A stretch of 64,000 nucleotides of DNA from an uncultured Candidatus Rokubacteria bacterium (GCA_963758635.1 CAVWWD010000005.1:224001-288000), one strand, 5' to 3'; positions 27,413-39,820 are shown, counted from the stretch's first letter. Made by a program: numbers and translations. The notes: generated by a model from the letters alone, not told the origin.

Positions 27413-30400
27413 ATGAGACGAACGTCCTGGCTCCGCCTCGGTGTCGCGCTCGGCGTCCTCCTGGTCGGGCTCGTCGTCGCCGCGACGCTGATCCTCGCCG
27501 CGCTCGGCCCCGCGCTGACGCGCGAGCGCATCGAGGCGGCCCTGGCCGGCGCGCTCGAGCGTCCGGTGCAGATCGGCGCCGTGCGGCTCCAGCCGTGGCG
27601 CCTGCGCCTGTCCCTGGCCGACGTGGCCGTGCCGGACGCCCGCGCGAGCGCGCTCCGCCGCCTGGCCGCCTCGCGCGTGGACGTGTCGCTGTCCGTCTCC
27701 AGCGTCTGGCATCGGCAGATCGTGATCGCCATCGACGTGCATGCGCTCAACGTCGCGGTCGACAGCGACGCGGGCCCGCCGACCGGCGCCTCGCCCTTTC
27801 CCCTGCCCGAGACGTTCTCGCTGGGCCCGGTGGAGGCGCGTCTCGGCGCCATCCGCGCCACCTCCGCCCGCGTGGACTTCCGCGGCGGCGGTGTCGGGCT
27901 CGCCGCCGACCGGCGTGGACGCCACCGCGCATATCGCGGGCGGCGGCCTGGAGATCCGGCTCGACGCGGACCGGCTGCGCGTGGACGCCGCGGGCCTCAG
28001 CGAGGAGGCGCGCCGCCTCGCAGCAGAGCGGCCGCCTCGACGCCGACCGTGTCGAGGTGCGCCGGCTCGCCTGGCGCTGGCACGACCAGCCCGTGCTGGT
28101 GGAGGGACAGGTGCGCCAGCCGTGGGGATCCGCGCCCGAGCTGGCATTGCGCGCGACGGGTGACCTGCCCCTCGCGCCGGTGGCGCGGCTGGTGGGCGCC
28201 GGCGCCCAGGTCGACGGCCTCGCCCGGATCGTCGCGCGCGCCGAGGGTCCGCTCGCGGCGCTGCGCGTCGGTGGCCGCGTGTCCGCGGCGCCGGTCGCCG
28301 TGGCGGGCCAGGCCGTGGACACCGTCACGGTGGACGCGCGGTGGGAAGCGGGCACGCTCCACCTCGATGCGATCCAGGCGACCGCCGGCGGGGCACGGCT
28401 GTCCGCCCGCGCCACGGTGGATCCCGTCCCCGGCGCGGGAACGCGCCTCGCGGTCGCGGTGACCGAGATCACGTTGCCGCCGGCGCTCGGCGGCCTGCGC
28501 GACGGCCGGGGGAACGTCGACGCGAGCGTCGCCGGCGGCGCGATCGAGGTCACGCGCGGCCGTCTCACGTGGAAGGCCGCCGAGGTCGCTCTCGACGGCC
28601 GCGCCGGCGCCGACGGAGCGCTCGCGGGTCACGTGTCGCTCACCGGCGATCTCGCCGCCCTCGTCGTCGCCCCGAAGCTCCGCCCGGCGGCCGGCCGCCT
28701 CGACCTCCGCGGGCAGCTGTCCGGGCGGCTCGCCGCGCCCGAGATCACCGGCCGGCTCGATCTCGCCGCGCTCGTCCTCGCCGGGCGCGCCGTGGAGCCG
28801 GTGGCCGCGCGCTTCCGTCTGGCTCCCGCCCGATCCGCGAGCGCGGGCGCGCGGAAGTGGGATCTCGCGCTCGACGTCCCCCGGATCGCCTCGGCGCCGG
28901 TCGTCCTGGAGGACGTGGGCGCCGCGCTTGCCCTCGGGACCGCTGGCGTGGAGGTGACCGACTTCCGCGTCCGCGCCTCCGGCATCCCCCTGAGCCTCGC
29001 CGGGACGTGGGGCTGGGACGGCGCCGGTCGCGGACGGCTGTCGCTCGGACCGGCCGCGCTCGATCGCGTCGCCGGCGTCCCCCCAGGGCTCGGCCTCTCC
29101 GGATCGGCGCAGGGGCAGGCCGAGATCACCGTCGGCGGGCGGCCAGGCGTCCGTTGCGGGAGCGGTCCAGCTCGACCGGCTCTCCGCCGGCGGGATCGGG
29201 CTCGGGCGGGGCCGGGTCGACGTGCGCCTCCGCGGCGCCGAGCTCACCGCCGAGCTGGCGCTGCCCGCGCGAAAAGCGCGCGTGGAGGCGCGCGGGAAGC
29301 TCGCGGCGGGTGGCACGATCGACGCGCGCCTCGAGGTGCTCGACCAGGGCCTGAAGGATCTCCTCGCGGAGCTGAGCCCCGGCGCGGCCGGCCTCGTCGA
29401 GGGCCGAGTTTCCGCGAAGGGCGAGTTCGCCATCCCGCTCGATCGGCCCGACACCACGGCGGGCACGCTGCGCGTCGAGCCCGCCGGGCTGGCGCTCCTC
29501 GGCGAGGCCTGGACGAGCCACGGCCCGGTGACGCTCCGATGGGAGCGCGGCGCGCTGACCCTGGCGTCGCTCCGCCTCGAGGGCCCGGCCGGCGCCATCA
29601 CCGGCTCCGGCACGCTCGCCGGCGCCGACCCGATGCAGGTCGCATTCGTGTGGGACAACGCGCGCCTGCCCGGCGCGCTGGCCGAGGTCGGCCGCGGCAC
29701 GGCGCGCGCCGAGCTGCGCGGGCGCGGCGGCGACGTCGAGCTGTCGCGTCTCGACGCCCGGTGGCCGGGCCTCTCGCTGGTGGCCACCGGACGGGCGAGC
29801 GCCGCAGGTCTGGCCGCGTTCCGCGGCGAGGCGTCGGCCGACCTCGCCCGGCTGTCCCGCGCGGGTGGCCCGGCCGCCACCGGGACCGCCACCGCCGTCG
29901 TCGAGGCGCGCGGGCCGTGGAGCGCGATCGAGGCGACCGCCCGCCTGCGGGCGCCGGCGCTCGAGGTCTCGGGCGCGACGGTCGCCGACGTCGACGTCCC
30001 GCTGCGGCTCGACCGGCGCACCCTGCGCGTGGAGGGCGCGCGGGCGCGGGTGGGATCGAGCCGGCTCGCCGGCGACGGCACCGCGTCGGTGCCCGACGGC
30101 ACCCCGCTCACGCCCGATGGGCTGTCGCGGGCCCTCCGCTTCACCGCGCAGGCGCGCGCGCCGGCCCTCCGGCTGGAAGACGTGGGGCCCCTGCTGCCGT
30201 CGGCGGCACGCGGCCGGGGCGAGCTGGCCGTGGCGGCGCGCGCGGAGGGCACGGGCCAGGCGTGGCGCGGCACGGCGACCGTCACCGGAAGCCGCGCGGA
30301 GGTCGGCGGCACCGTGCTGCGCCAGGTCGCCGCGGCCGTCGCGTTCGACCGATCGCGCGTCGAGCTGACCGAGCTCTCCGCGGAGGCCGCCGACCTGCCC

Positions 30401-32032
30401 ATCCGCGCCCGGGGCGTCTGGGACTGGACGGCGGGCGGGCGCGCCAGCGCCACCATCGGGCCGGGCCGGCTCGCCGGCGTGGGCCCGCCCGCGCTCGGCC
30501 TCGCCGGAACCGGCAGGGCGAGCCTCGAGCTCACGGCGCGTCCCGCCGTCGCGCCCGTGGTCGAAGGATCGGCGCAGGCGGAGCTGGACGGCTTCGCCGT
30601 GTCCGGATTCACGCTCGGCCGCGGCCGCGCGGACCTGACGCTCAGGGCCGGCGCGCTCCGGGGCGCGCTCGCATTCCCGGAGCGGCAGCTCGCGGCGAAC
30701 GTGGAGGGCGCCATCGCCGCCGACGGCGCCCTCCGGCTCGCGCGCGCCGAGGTGACCGCCCGCGAGGGCACGCTGACCGCGACCGGCGGGATCGGCCCGG
30801 CCGGGCTCGACCTCCGCGCGCAGGGTCGCCTGCCTCTCGACGTGCTGCCGTCCTTCTCGCCGGCGATCCGCGATGGCGGCGGCGTGCTCGAGATCGCCGC
30901 GCGCGCGTCGGGCGCGCTCGCCGCGCCGGTGCTGTCGGGCGAGGGCGCGGTGCGGGGCGGCCGGCTGCTGCTCCGCGACCGTCCGGAGACGCTGCGGGAC
31001 ATCGAGGCGCGCTTCGCGCTCTCCCCGCAAGGGATCCAGCTCCGCGAGGCCACGGCCACCATGGGCGGCGGGCGCCTCACGGCCCGCGGCGACGCCGCGC
31101 TCGACGGCCGCGCGATCGGCGCGTACCGGGTCCACGTCTCCGCCCGCGGCGTCTCGCTGGTCACCATCGAGGGGCTGTCGAGCGCCTGGGACGCCGAACT
31201 GGACCTGTCCGGCCGCGGCGGCGAGGCGTGGCTCCAGGGCGGAGCGCGCCTCGTCCGCGGCGTCTACACGCGCGACCTCTCGCTGCTGTCGATGGCGCTC
31301 TCGCGGCCGCGGCCGGAGGCCGCCGTCTCCGAGGGCCGGCTCCATCTCCTCGTCCGCGTCCGGCTCGACGAGAACCTGGCCGTGCGGACGCGCACCGCCG
31401 ATCTCCGGGTCGGCGGCGCTCTGACCGTCCAGGGCACGACCGGCGCGCCCGTGGTCTTCGGCGCCATCGAGAGCCGCGACGGGCGGATCGTGTTCCGCGG
31501 GCACGACTTCACGGTGACGAGCGCGTCCGTCCGCTTCGCCGACCCGCGCGCGGTCGACCCGTTCCTCGACGTGATCGCCACGTCCCGGATCCGCGAGTAC
31601 GAGGTCACGGTGCAGCTCAGCGGGCGCCTCTCCGACCTCTCGGTGCGGATGAGCTCGGTGCCCCGCCTGCCGCCGGACGACCTGGTGGCGCTGGTCTCGT
31701 TCGGCGTCACGAAGGCCGAGCTGAAGGACTCGCCGGCGAACGTGCTGCTCGGCGAGACAGGGCGGACGCTGGCCCAGAGCCTGCTCGGCATCGATCCGAG
31801 CCAGAGCGGCCTCCGGGTGAGCGTGGTCTCGTCGGACGACAGCCAGAGCGACCCGTATCGCGTGTGGGAGGACGAGCGCGACCGGAGCGCCACCAGCCGC
31901 CGGACCGGAGACCAGCGCGAGAAGGTGCGGCTCGAGTACCGCCTGCTCGAGCAGCCCGTGTTCCTCTCCGCGGAGTACGATCCGGAGGGCGGCTACGGCG
32001 TCGACGTGATCTTCCGCCTGCGCTTCCGATGA
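27413..32032 (+). CDS. TamB/AsmA-like translocation-assembly protein (frameshifts near 27900, 28020, 29150)
   Basis: N-terminal TM, long beta-rich repeats, DUF490-like C-terminus (DPFLDV.A); precedes Omp85 gene. Confidence 0.8.
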
Positions 32033-34768
32033 TCCTGCGGGCCGCGCTCTGGACGGTCGCGTTCGCGCTGGCCCTCGTTCCGAGCGCCGCCGTCGCCGCG
32101 CCGTCCGTCGTGACCGGCGTGGACCTGCTCTCGCCGCACCGGCTGCCCGAGGAGCGCGTGCGCAGCGCCATCGGCGACCTCGCGGGCAAGCCCCTCGCGC
32201 GCGCCGCCGTGCGCGCCAGCGTCGAGCGGCTGTGGGCCCTCGGGCTCTTCGAGGCCATCCGCGTGGACGAGGTCCCGGACGCGGCGGGCATCCGCCTCGC
32301 GTACCACGTGATGCGGCGGCCCCTCGTGCGTACGGTCCGCTGGGACGGAGAGACGGGCCTTGACCTCGCCGACGTGGCCGCCGCCGCGGGACTGGCCATT
32401 GGCGACGACGCGTCGCCGGGCACGCTGGACCGCGTGCGCCGGAGCCTGCTCGCGCGCTACCGTCGCGAGGGCTTCCTGGGCGCGAAGGTCGTCGTCCACG
32501 CCGAGGAGACGCCGCACACCGAACGAGCGCGACGTCACCGTCACCCTCGAGGCGGGCGAGCGCGCGCGCCTCGGGCACGTGGAGTTCGCGGGCGAGCCCG
32601 GGCTCACGCCGTCCAAGCTGGCGCGGCTGTCCCGGCTGCGTGAGGGCGCCCGGTACCGCGACCTGCTCGTCCGCGACGGGGTCCGGGCCATCGAGGACCA
32701 CCTGCGGGCCGAGGGCTTCTACGAGGCGCGGGCGACGCCCGGCGCGCCGCGCTGGCAGCCCGAGGAAAACCGCGTGGACCTCGAGGTCGAGGTCCGCGCC
32801 GGGCCCAGGTTCCAGGTCGAGTTCCGCGGGCGCACCGCGCTCTCCGAGAAAGCGCTCCGCTCCCAGCTCACGTTCGCCCAGTCCGGGCGAGCCGACGAGT
32901 TCGAGCAGCAGGCGAGCGGCCGGCAGATCGAGGCGGCCTACCGGGAGCAGGGGTATCACTTCGCGCAGGTGACCGTCGTCCCTCCCGCGGGCGACGGCAG
33001 CCACGTGCTCGGCTTCGCGATCGAGGAGGGCCCGCGGGTCCGCGTGGAGTCGGTCACCTTCACCGGCAACCTGACCGAGCCGGACGCGCGGCTCGCCAAG
33101 GTCATCGAGACCGCGCCGCCCGGCCTGTTCCACCGCGGCCTCTTCCGCGCCGAGGCGCTGGACACGGACGTCCGCGTGCTGCTCGCCCACCTGCGCGCCC
33201 AGGGATACCCGGACGCGACGGTGGGCCCGACCGAGATCGCCTTCTCCGAGGACCGCACCCAGGTCCGCGTCACCATCCCCGTGACCGAGGGGCCGCGCCT
33301 GCGCGTCGCCTCGGTGCAGGTGCTGGGCGCGAGCGTGCTGAGCCCGGCGCTGCTCGCCGCCGCCTCCGTCCTGAAGCCGGGCGACGCGTGGGACGCCGAG
33401 CGCGCCCGCGCCGGCCAGCGCGCCATGGAGCGTCTCTACGCGGGCCGTGCCCATCACGGGGCGACCGTCGCCCTGGAGTCGCGCCGGGGCGACGCCGGCG
33501 TGGAGCTGACCTATCGCGCCGACGAGGGTGCGCCCACGCGCATCGGCCGCATCCTCGTGCGTGGCCTCGCGATCACGCGCGAGTCGGTGGTCCGGCGCGA
33601 CCTGCCATTCCGGGAGGGCGACCTCCTGAGCACGGAAAGGCTCCTCGAGGGCCAGCGTCGCCTGGGCGAGCTGCCGGCCTTCGCCTCGGTCTCGATCGAC
33701 CCGCTCCGCCCGCCGCCGGCGCCGTTCGCGGACGTGGAGGTGTCCCTCCGCGAGCGCAAGCCGTGGCACCTCGACTTCGGGCTCGGCTACGGAACCGAGG
33801 ACGGCGCGCGCGGCTTCGTCGAGATCGGCCACGACAACGTCTTCGGCACCGCGGCCAGCGTGAGCCTCCGCCAGCGCGTGAGCGCGGGCGGTCAGTCGAT
33901 CGGCTTCGCCCAGCGGACCGACGCCCTCGGCCGCATCCCGCGAATCCTGGGCACGCCGTGGTGGGTGGAGCTGAACCCGTTCCAGGGCTCGGCGGAGCGG
34001 ATCGGCTACGACGTGGCGGAGTTCGGCGTCCGCCTCGGCGCCCATCGCGACCTCTTTCCCGAGTGGGTGAAAGGCCTCCGCGGCGAGTTCCGCTATCGCG
34101 TGGAGTCCATCCGCTACTCGAACGTGGATCCGACCCTCGCCGAGGCGGACGTGACGGAGGGGACCGAGCTGGTGGCGAGCGTGAGCCCGATCCTCACCCT
34201 CGACCGCCGCGACGAGCCCCTCGATCCCACGCGCGGCAGCCTGCACCGGGTCTCGGTGGAGGTGGGCAGCGCCGTGCTCGGGAGCGACATCGACTTCGTC
34301 AAGACGCGGCTGGAGACCCGGTGGTTCCTGCCGTGGCTCGCTCCCGTCACCGTCGTGCTGGCCGCGCGGCTCGGGCTCGCCGCGCCGTACGCGGGCAGCC
34401 CGGCGCTCGCGATCCAGGACCGCTTCTACGCGGGGGGCGCGTCCACCGTGCGCGGATACCGAGAGGACCGGATCGGCCCGCTCGACGCGCGCGGCAACCC
34501 CACCGGCGGCAACGGGCTCGCGATCTTCAACCTGGAGACACGATTTCCGATCTGGCGATGGCTCGGCGGCACCGTGTTCGTCGACACCGGGGCGGTCACG
34601 CCCCGCGTCGAGGATCTCTGGTCCGGCCCGTTTCACACCGGCGTGGGCGCCGGCCTGCGCATCAAGACGCCGGTCGGGCCCCTGCGGGTGGACGTGGGCT
34701 ATGCGCTCCGGCCCGTCCCCGGCGAATCCCGCACCCAGGTGCACGTCACGGTGGGGAACCCGTTCTGA
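32029..34768 (+). CDS. Omp85/BamA-TamA family outer membrane protein (frameshift near 32520)
   Basis: POTRA domains, RFYAGGASTVRGY, FVDTG, G.GLR..TPVGPLRVD, terminal F. Confidence 0.88.
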
Positions 34769-35412
34769 TGGGCGCGCGGGCCGCGGCGGCCCTCGCCTGG
34801 GCGGTCCTGGCGCTCCTCGCCGGGCCGGCCACGGCCCAGAGCGGACGGTCCGTGGACGCGGCGATCGCCTCGACGCGGGGCGCCCTCGTCACGCTGAGCG
34901 ACGTGACGCTGGCGCGAGCCCTCGGCCTCTTCGGGCTCACGCCGTCGGCGGGGCCCGTCACCCGCGCCGAGGTCGACCGCTACCTGGACGCCCGGCTGGC
35001 CGTTCGCGAGGCCGAGCAGCTGGCGGTGGCCGTGCCCGCCGAGGAGTCGGCCCGGGCATGGGAGGCCGCCGGCGGCGCCGCGCTCACCGCCCGCCTCGAG
35101 GCCGCGGGCATCGACGCCGCGTGGGCCCGCGCGATGATCGAGGACGAGGTCAAGGTCAGGCGATTCGTCGAGCTGCGCTTCCAGGCCTTCGCGTTCGTGA
35201 CGGAGCCGGAGGTCGACGAGGCCCTCGGGCCGGGACCGCACGACGAGGCGGCGCGGCGCGCCGCGCGCGAGCGTCTGCGGGACGAGCGGGCCGCGCGCGC
35301 GCTCGCGGAGTGGACGACCGAGGCGCGGGGCCGTGCGCGCGTCCGCGTGCTCGACGCCTCGGGAGGGCCGTGGCCGGCCCCGTTCGTGCTCGCGCCGGCC
35401 TCGGATCGCTGA
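34768..35412 (+). CDS. Exported SurA N-terminal-like hypothetical protein
   Basis: Signal peptide, VD..IA...VTLSD, RF..F..VTE.EV, W..E.R.RA.V; follows Omp85 gene. Confidence 0.6.
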   Translation: MGARAAAALAWAVLALLAGPATAQSGRSVDAAIASTRGALVTLSDVTLARALGLFGLTPSAGPVTRAEVDRYLDARLAVREAEQLAVAVPAEESARAWEAAGGAALTARLEAAGIDAAWARAMIEDEVKVRRFVELRFQAFAFVTEPEVDEALGPGPHDEAARRAARERLRDERAARALAEWTTEARGRARVRVLDASGGPWPAPFVLAPASDR

Positions 35413-35431
35413 GGGGCGGCGCGCGCACTCG

Positions 35432-35509
35432 TGAGCCCCGCGCATCAGACTAGTGCCGAGCGGTGGGACTGTAGAGGCCCGTGGCGGTGACCGCATTCTG
35501 CGAGGGTCA
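35432..35509 (-). repeat. 78-bp MITE-like element, copy 5 (inverted)
   Basis: TGAGCCCCGCGCATCAGAC...TTCTGCGAGGGTCA between convergent genes. Confidence 0.9.
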
Positions 35510-35556
35510 TTCGAGCGGACGGCCTGGTCTGCCGTCCTCCCGGGTGAGGCGCCGAC

Positions 35557-36180
35557 TCACTTCTGGAAGGGGTAGACGACCTTCCAGTCCTGCTTCATGT
35601 CCACCACGGTCCACCCCTTCTGGGTCGCCTCGTCGAGCGCCTTGTCGAGGCGGCCGATGGACGACTGGCGGTCGTACGCCCATTCGCGCTCGGCATCGGT
35701 GTGGCGGACGATGCCCATGAATCGCGCACCGTCGCCGGCCGCCGTCCACTGGAGCATCTGATGATCGCCGTCCGAGTTGCCGAAGGCGAGGATGGGCCGG
35801 CGCCCGATGAACCGGTGGATGCCCACCGGCTTCCCCGCCTTGTCGTCCATGAGGTTGAGCTTCGCCAGCTTCACCAGCACCGGCTTGCCGTCACGGACCT
35901 CGAGCTTCGTCTCGCCCACGCTGCCCACGACCTGCTCGGGTGGGATGCCGTAGACCTCCTCGGCGAAGACGCGCATGAAGTCGGCCCCGCCCCCGGACAC
36001 GATGTAGGTCTTGAAGCCGCTGGCGCGCAGGTAGGCGAGGAGCTCGAGCATGGGCTGGTAGACGAGCTCGGTGTACCGGCGCTGGAATCGCGGGTGCCGG
36101 GCCCGAGCCACCCAGTCCTTCACGGACTGCGCGAACTCGTCGGTCGTCATCCCGGCGTGCGTGGCCGCCATCACCTCCAT
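35557..36180 (-). pseudogene. 5'-truncated HAD-family (acid phosphatase-like) hydrolase
   Basis: THAGMT, VYQPMLELL.YLR, IVSGGG, AFGNSDGD; N-terminal DxDGT motif absent. Confidence 0.75.
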
Positions 36181-36926
36181 GAGGTGTTCGCCAACGCCAT
36201 GGATCGACAGCGGAGCGCGCTGGCGGCGCGGGAGAGCGACGCGCAGATCCGCGCCCTCGCCGGGCGCCTCCTGACCGCGCAGGAGGGGGAGCGCCGCCGC
36301 ATCGCGCGCGAGCTGCACGACGGGGTCAACCAGGAGCTGGCGGCCATGGCCATCGCGCTGAGCACGCTCGACGGCCGGCTGCCCGGCGACACCGCGTCCG
36401 ACCTGCGCCGCGAGATCGCGGGTCTGGAGGCGCGCGCCGTCAAGGCGGCCGAGGAGATCCGGAGCCTCTCGCACGCGCTCCACCCCGGCGTGCTCGAGCA
36501 CGCGGGCCTGGTCGCCACCCTGCGCGGCTACTGCGGACGATTCGAGGGCGAGCACGCTCTTCCCGTGACGTTCCGCGCCGACGGAGACCTGACGACCGTC
36601 CCGGCCGACGTCGCGCTCTGTCTCTACCGGGTGACGCAGGAGGGCCTCGGCAACGTCGCGCGGCACTCGGGGGCGCGCCACGCCCGGGTGGCGGTACGCG
36701 CGCGGGCGACGACGTGATCCTGACGATCGACGACGACGGCCACGGGTTCGACCTCGCCGAGGCGCGCCGGCGCCGCGGCCTGGGCCTGATCAGCCTCGAC
36801 GAGCGCGTGCGCCTCGTCCGCGGCTCGCTCACGATCGACACGCGCCCGCAGGCGGGCACCGGGCTCCGCGTCGTGGTGCCGCTCTCGGAGGCCCTGGACG
36901 CCACGAGCGAGCGTGCGGCTCGCTGA
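36181..36926 (+). pseudogene. 5'-truncated NarX/DesK-type sensor kinase (HisKA_3 + HATPase), frameshift near 36705
   Basis: AQE.ERRRIARELHD, L.P.VL, QE.L.NV.RHS, I.DDG.GFD, GLGL..ER; no sensor domain. Confidence 0.8.
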
Positions 36927-36961
36927 CGACCACGCCCCCGCGCGCGGCCCCGGGAACGGGC

Positions 36962-37786
36962 TCAGCCCGGGATCTGCGCCTCCTCGGGGAGCTTCTCCCA
37001 CACCGGCGTCCACGCGGGCACGGAGAGGCCCGCGGCCGCGGCGAGGCCGGTGACCTCCTTCGCGAAAGCCTGGCGGACCTCGTCGTTGTCGCGCGCCTTG
37101 AGGCGGAACTTGCGGTAGACCGCGTTCCTCGCCGAGCCGGGCCGGCCGAAGATGTTCATGGTGCGGACGAACCACTTGTCCAGCGCGGCCTGGGCCTCCG
37201 GGCGGGTGGCGGGATCCCCGGCGAGGCGCTGGACCCACAGCTCGCCGTGCCGGATGTGCATCTTCTCCTCCTTGAAGATGCCCTCGATGGCGCGGACCCA
37301 CGGGCCGTACGAGCAGTGGCGCACGTCCTCGAGCTGGTGGCCGGCGCCCCGGTCCATGCAGAAATTGAAGAAGACGAAGTCCGACCACCGGTCGATCGGG
37401 TAGTAGAAGATGTTCACGCGCTTGTCGTCGGCGGCCCGCGAGGTGCCGATGTCCGCGGCGTCGGGGAGCCGCATCGTGAAGTCGTGCCGCGCGATGTGGG
37501 CGGACACGTCCACGCCCAGGTCCTCGAGGAGCCCGTACATCACGTGGGCGTGGCGCACCTCGTCCTTCACGATCTGGGCGACCACGTGCTTCTCCTCGAT
37601 CGAGGGCGCCTTCATGATCCACGGCACGTAGCCGAAGCCGCCCGCCAGCTCCGAGTCGGCCTGCATGGTCATGAGGTGGACGAGACTCCGCTTGTACTCC
37701 TCGGTCATGTCGTCGGGCGACTCGATGCGCTCGCCGGCCTCGATCCGCTCGAGCAGGCGACGCTCGTCCGTCTGCGTGACGCTCAT
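36962..37786 (-). CDS. PaaA-like diiron protein (phenylacetyl-CoA epoxidase subunit A family)
   Basis: IE..D.M.EEY, ADSE, APS, KDEVRH, SYGPW.R....I..EE..H, LDKW..FG. Confidence 0.8.
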   Translation of the reverse strand: MSVTQTDERRLLERIEAGERIESPDDMTEEYKRSLVHLMTMQADSELAGGFGYVPWIMKAPSIEEKHVVAQIVKDEVRHAHVMYGLLEDLGVDVSAHIARHDFTMRLPDAADIGTSRAADDKRVNIFYYPIDRWSDFVFFNFCMDRGAGHQLEDVRHCSYGPWVRAIEGIFKEEKMHIRHGELWVQRLAGDPATRPEAQAALDKWFVRTMNIFGRPGSARNAVYRKFRLKARDNDEVRQAFAKEVTGLAAAAGLSVPAWTPVWEKLPEEAQIPG

Positions 37787-37788
37787 GG

Positions 37789-38245
37789 TCATCTCCTCTC
37801 CACGACCCGCACGGCCTTCCCCTCGCTGCGGGGGATGGTCTTCGGGGGCACGATGGCGACTTCGGGGTTGAGGCCCAGATGGCGGCGCAGGCACTCCGAC
37901 ACGCGCGCGGAGAGCACCGCGACCTCGGCGCGGGAGGTGTCGAAGCCGCCCCACTCGCCGACGATGCCTCGGCGGGCTCCACGTGGACGGCGAGCGTGGG
38001 GAAGGCCTGCGTGCGATCCACCACCAGCTGATAGTGCGGCCCGAGGTCGGGGAGCGTGAGCAGCGCGGCCTCGAGCTGGGACGGGTAGACGTTGACGCCG
38101 CGGATGACGAGCATGTCGTCGGTGCGGCCCTTGACCCGGCCATGCGGGCGGTGGTGCGCCCGCAGGGGCACGGCGAGGGATCGAGCGCGGTCACGTCGCC
38201 GGTGCGGTAGCGGATCACCGGCAGCGCCTCCTTGGTGAGGCTGGC
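37789..38245 (-). pseudogene. 3' fragment of a second PaaK-like ligase
   Basis: SLTKEALPVIRYRTGD, GRTDDMLVIRGVNVYPSQ, EGKAVRV; N-terminal part missing, internal frameshifts. Confidence 0.75.
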
Positions 38246-38281
38246 GACATCGTCTCCGCCCCGACGTTCCAGATCACGGCG

Positions 38282-38569
38282 TCACCGCACCGCCACCGCC
38301 TTGACCAGCCACGTCTGCCGCTCGAGGAACCGCGCGATGGTCTCGAGGAGACGGCCGTCGGCGCCGCCGTCGAGGCTCACCCGGTCCGGCACGACGTACC
38401 GGACCTCCCGGTAGGAGACGAGCACGCGAACCAGCGTGCGCACGCGCTGGTCGGGCGCGAGGAGGCCTCGGCGGCCCGGGTCGCCGACGCCGGGGTCCCA
38501 GTCGGGCTGGAAGGTCAGGCGGATGTCGCGCGGAAGAAGGGCGGCGGCGGGGCCGGCCTCCGCCATCAT
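38282..38569 (-). CDS. Hypothetical protein
   Basis: Protein-like 95-aa ORF in gene-sized gap. Confidence 0.55.
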   Translation of the reverse strand: MMAEAGPAAALLPRDIRLTFQPDWDPGVGDPGRRGLLAPDQRVRTLVRVLVSYREVRYVVPDRVSLDGGADGRLLETIARFLERQTWLVKAVAVR

Positions 38570-38670
38570 GCCGTCCCGCAGTCAGGTTGGGGCGGAATGC
38601 GGATCTTGACGCCGGCGAGCGGGCCGACACCACGATTCTGCGTGCACGCGGGGTGCTGTCTCCCCATTCT

Positions 38671-39813
38671 TCACATTCCGCAGAGGCGCTCGTAGTGGCC
38701 CACGAGGGCGGCGACCTGGGCGACCGCGCAGAAGTCGCGCTCGGCCACGCGCCGCGCCGCCTCCGCCATGGCGTGCCGGCGGTCGGCGTCGAGCAGCAGC
38801 GCGATGGCCGCGTCCGCCATCTCCGCGGCGTCGGCCTTGGTGAGGACGCCCGTCTCGCCGTCCTGGACGACCTCCTCCACGCCGGAGGCCCGCACCGCCA
38901 CCGCGGGCAGCCCGCACGCGTGGGCCTCGGCGAGCACGAGGCCCTGGGTCTCGGTCTCCGAGGCGAAGAGGAAGAGGTCGGCGGCCTGGTAGTACGGCGG
39001 CAGCTCGGCGGGGTCGCGGCCGCCGGCGAAGTGGATCCGCGCCGCCGCCGGTCCTCCCCGTGCGCGGCGGGCGAGCGCCTCGGCGTGGCTCCCCTGGCCC
39101 GCGAGCACGAGCCGCGCGTCGGGCAGCGCGTCGGCGACCAGCGCGAACGCGTCGAGCACGCGCTCCACGCTCTTCTCGCGGTCGAGGCGCCCCACGTAGA
39201 GGCACACTGGCCCGTCGCCGGGCAGGCCGACCCGGTCGCGCGCGGCGCGACGATCGCCGGGACGGAAGCGTAGGAGGTCCACGCCGGTGGGCACCACGGC
39301 CACGGGCGCCCGCACCCCGCGCGCGACGAGCGTGTCCGCGATGCGCGCCGACGGCGCCACGACGAGGTCGGCCGACGCGGCGAAGCGGCACGAGAGGCGC
39401 ACGGCCAGGGCGGCCACGACGCGCTCGGGCAGCGGGACGTAGTGCGCGTACTTCTCGTAGCGCGTGTGGTACGTGAACACGAGCGGGCGCCCGAGCCGGC
39501 GGGCGAGCCGCCGGGCCGTGGGCCCGAGGAGGAAGGGATGCTGGGCGTGGATCACGTCGGGGGCGAGGCGCCGCGCCGTCCGGGCGAGGGACCAGGACAC
39601 GGGCAGCGGCACCGCGAAGCCCGGGTACGTGGGCGCGGAGATCGACGGGTAGCGGAAGACGCCGGGCGGGTCGGCGAACGGGGCGCACGGCGCCGGGGCG
39701 AACACCCACGACTCGTGACCGAGCCCGTGGAGCCCCTGGCGGAGGGTCTCTACCGCGGTGGTGACGCCTCCCCGGAAGGGCAGGTAGTTGTTCGTGAAGA
39801 GCGCGACGCGCAT
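38671..39813 (-). CDS. GT4 glycosyltransferase
   Basis: FTNNY.P..GGV, HTRY, VGRL..EK, SETETQGLVLAEA..GLP. Confidence 0.92.
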   Translation of the reverse strand: MRVALFTNNYLPFRGGVTTAVETLRQGLHGLGHESWVFAPAPCAPFADPPGVFRYPSISAPTYPGFAVPLPVSWSLARTARRLAPDVIHAQHPFLLGPTARRLARRLGRPLVFTYHTRYEKYAHYVPLPERVVAALAVRLSCRFAASADLVVAPSARIADTLVARGVRAPVAVVPTGVDLLRFRPGDRRAARDRVGLPGDGPVCLYVGRLDREKSVERVLDAFALVADALPDARLVLAGQGSHAEALARRARGGPAAARIHFAGGRDPAELPPYYQAADLFLFASETETQGLVLAEAHACGLPAVAVRASGVEEVVQDGETGVLTKADAAEMADAAIALLLDADRRHAMAEAARRVAERDFCAVAQVAALVGHYERLCGM

Positions 39814-39820
39814 CCGGCGC

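Noticed and set aside
29126..34744. Very long antisense or alternate-frame ORFs (for example 1872 aa, 1014 aa)
   Set aside because: Shadow ORFs expected at very high GC opposite real genes; no recognisable motifs
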